NCBI RefSeq assembly: GCF_963921235.1
Contig: NC_086097.1
Location: forward strand, 243,042,001 to 243,106,000
Length of the DNA stretch: 64,000 bases
Direction of reading: 5' to 3'
Source: Mobula hypostoma
Lineage: Eukaryota
The notes below the pieces were generated by a model. It saw only the letters and a program-made list of their open reading frames with translations. It was not told where the DNA came from and made no database searches. Of this stretch, positions 63,020 through 64,000 are shown in pieces. Position 1 is the first letter of the stretch, and each line of letters begins with the position of its first letter. The position numbers were made by a program, and so were the translations under genes.

Positions 63020-64000
63020 CAGATCGCCTCCATGATACCCTGCAGTGGGAGGGAGAACATCCAAAGGTCGTGGTACATATTGGTACCAATAACATAGGTA
63101 GGAAAGGGGAAGAGGTCTTGAAAACAGACTACGGGGAGTTAGGAAGGAAGTTGAGAAGCAGGACCACAAAGGTAGCAATCTTGGGATTACTGCCTGTGCC
63201 ACGTGACAGTGAGTATAGGGATAGAATGAGGTGGAGGATAAATGCATGGCTGACAGATTGGAGCAGGGGGCAGGGATTCTGATTTCTGGATCATTGGGAC
63301 TGCTTTTGGGGCAGGAGTGACCTGTACAAAAAGGACAGGTTGCACTTGAATCCCAGGGGGACCAATATCCTGGGGGGGAGGTTTGCTAAGGCTACTGGGG
63401 AGAGTTTAAACTAGAATTGTTGGGGTGTGGGAACCAAACTGAAGAGACTGGGGAGGAGGCAGTTGGCTCACAAATAGAGAAAGCTTGGAGACAGTGTGTG
63501 AGAGAGGATAGGTAGGTGATAGAGAAGGGACGCGCTCAGACCGACGGTTTGAGATGTGTCTATTTTAACACAAGGGGTATTGTGAACAAAGCGGATGAGC
63601 TTTGACCCGTGGATCAGTACTTGGAGCTATGATGTAGTGGCCATATAGAGACTTGGATGGCTCAGGGACAGGAATGGTTACTTCAAGCGCTGGGTTTTAG
63701 ATGTTTCAGAAAGGACAGGGAGGGAGACAAAAGAGGTGGGGGCATGGCACTGTTGATCAGAGATAGTGTCATGGCTGCAAAAAGGTTGGCGCCATGGAGG
63801 GATTGTCTATGGAGTTTCTGTGGGTGGAGGTTAGGAACAGGAAGGGGTCAATAACTCTACTGGGTGCTTTTTATAGGCTGCCCAATGGTAACATGGATAT
63901 CGAGGAGCAGATAGGGAAACAGATCCTGGAAAGGTGTAGTAATAATAACAGAGTTGTCGTGATAGGAGATGTTAATTACCCAAATATCAATTGGCATCTC
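63020..64000 (+). mobile_element. degraded CR1 ORF1 end and ORF2 start (runs off the window)
   Basis: VVVHIGTNN...GLLPVPR; FRKDREGDKRGGGMALLIRD. Confidence 0.88.

Overview
Eukaryotic, transposon-saturated DNA, most likely intronic or intergenic vertebrate sequence. The repeat mix (CR1, Rex-Babar, L1, Penelope-like elements, V-SINEs, Gypsy) suggests a cartilaginous fish such as a ray; this is inference only. I could not identify a host protein-coding gene: every long ORF is retroelement-derived, antisense to one, or a junction chimera. Best-supported structures: (1) a Gmr1-type Gypsy provirus (38852-44058) with both LTRs, CATT target-site duplication (TSD), tRNA-Pro PBS and SCAN-like gag-protease-integrase, but with RT deleted and only the RNase H tail left; (2) a 2.4-kb fold-back Penelope-like insertion (21904-24341) with a 15-bp TSD, a 34-bp one-sided tail and minimal hammerhead ribozyme motifs at both ends; (3) roughly ten such hammerhead-like motifs across the window; (4) a near full-length CR1 with tandem 256-bp 5' monomers nested in an older CR1; (5) a four-TIR mariner-derived hairpin element; (6) several multi-level nested insertions. 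These are mostly unusual instances of known element classes, not a demonstrated new system. Boundaries of degraded repeats were read by eye and are approximate.
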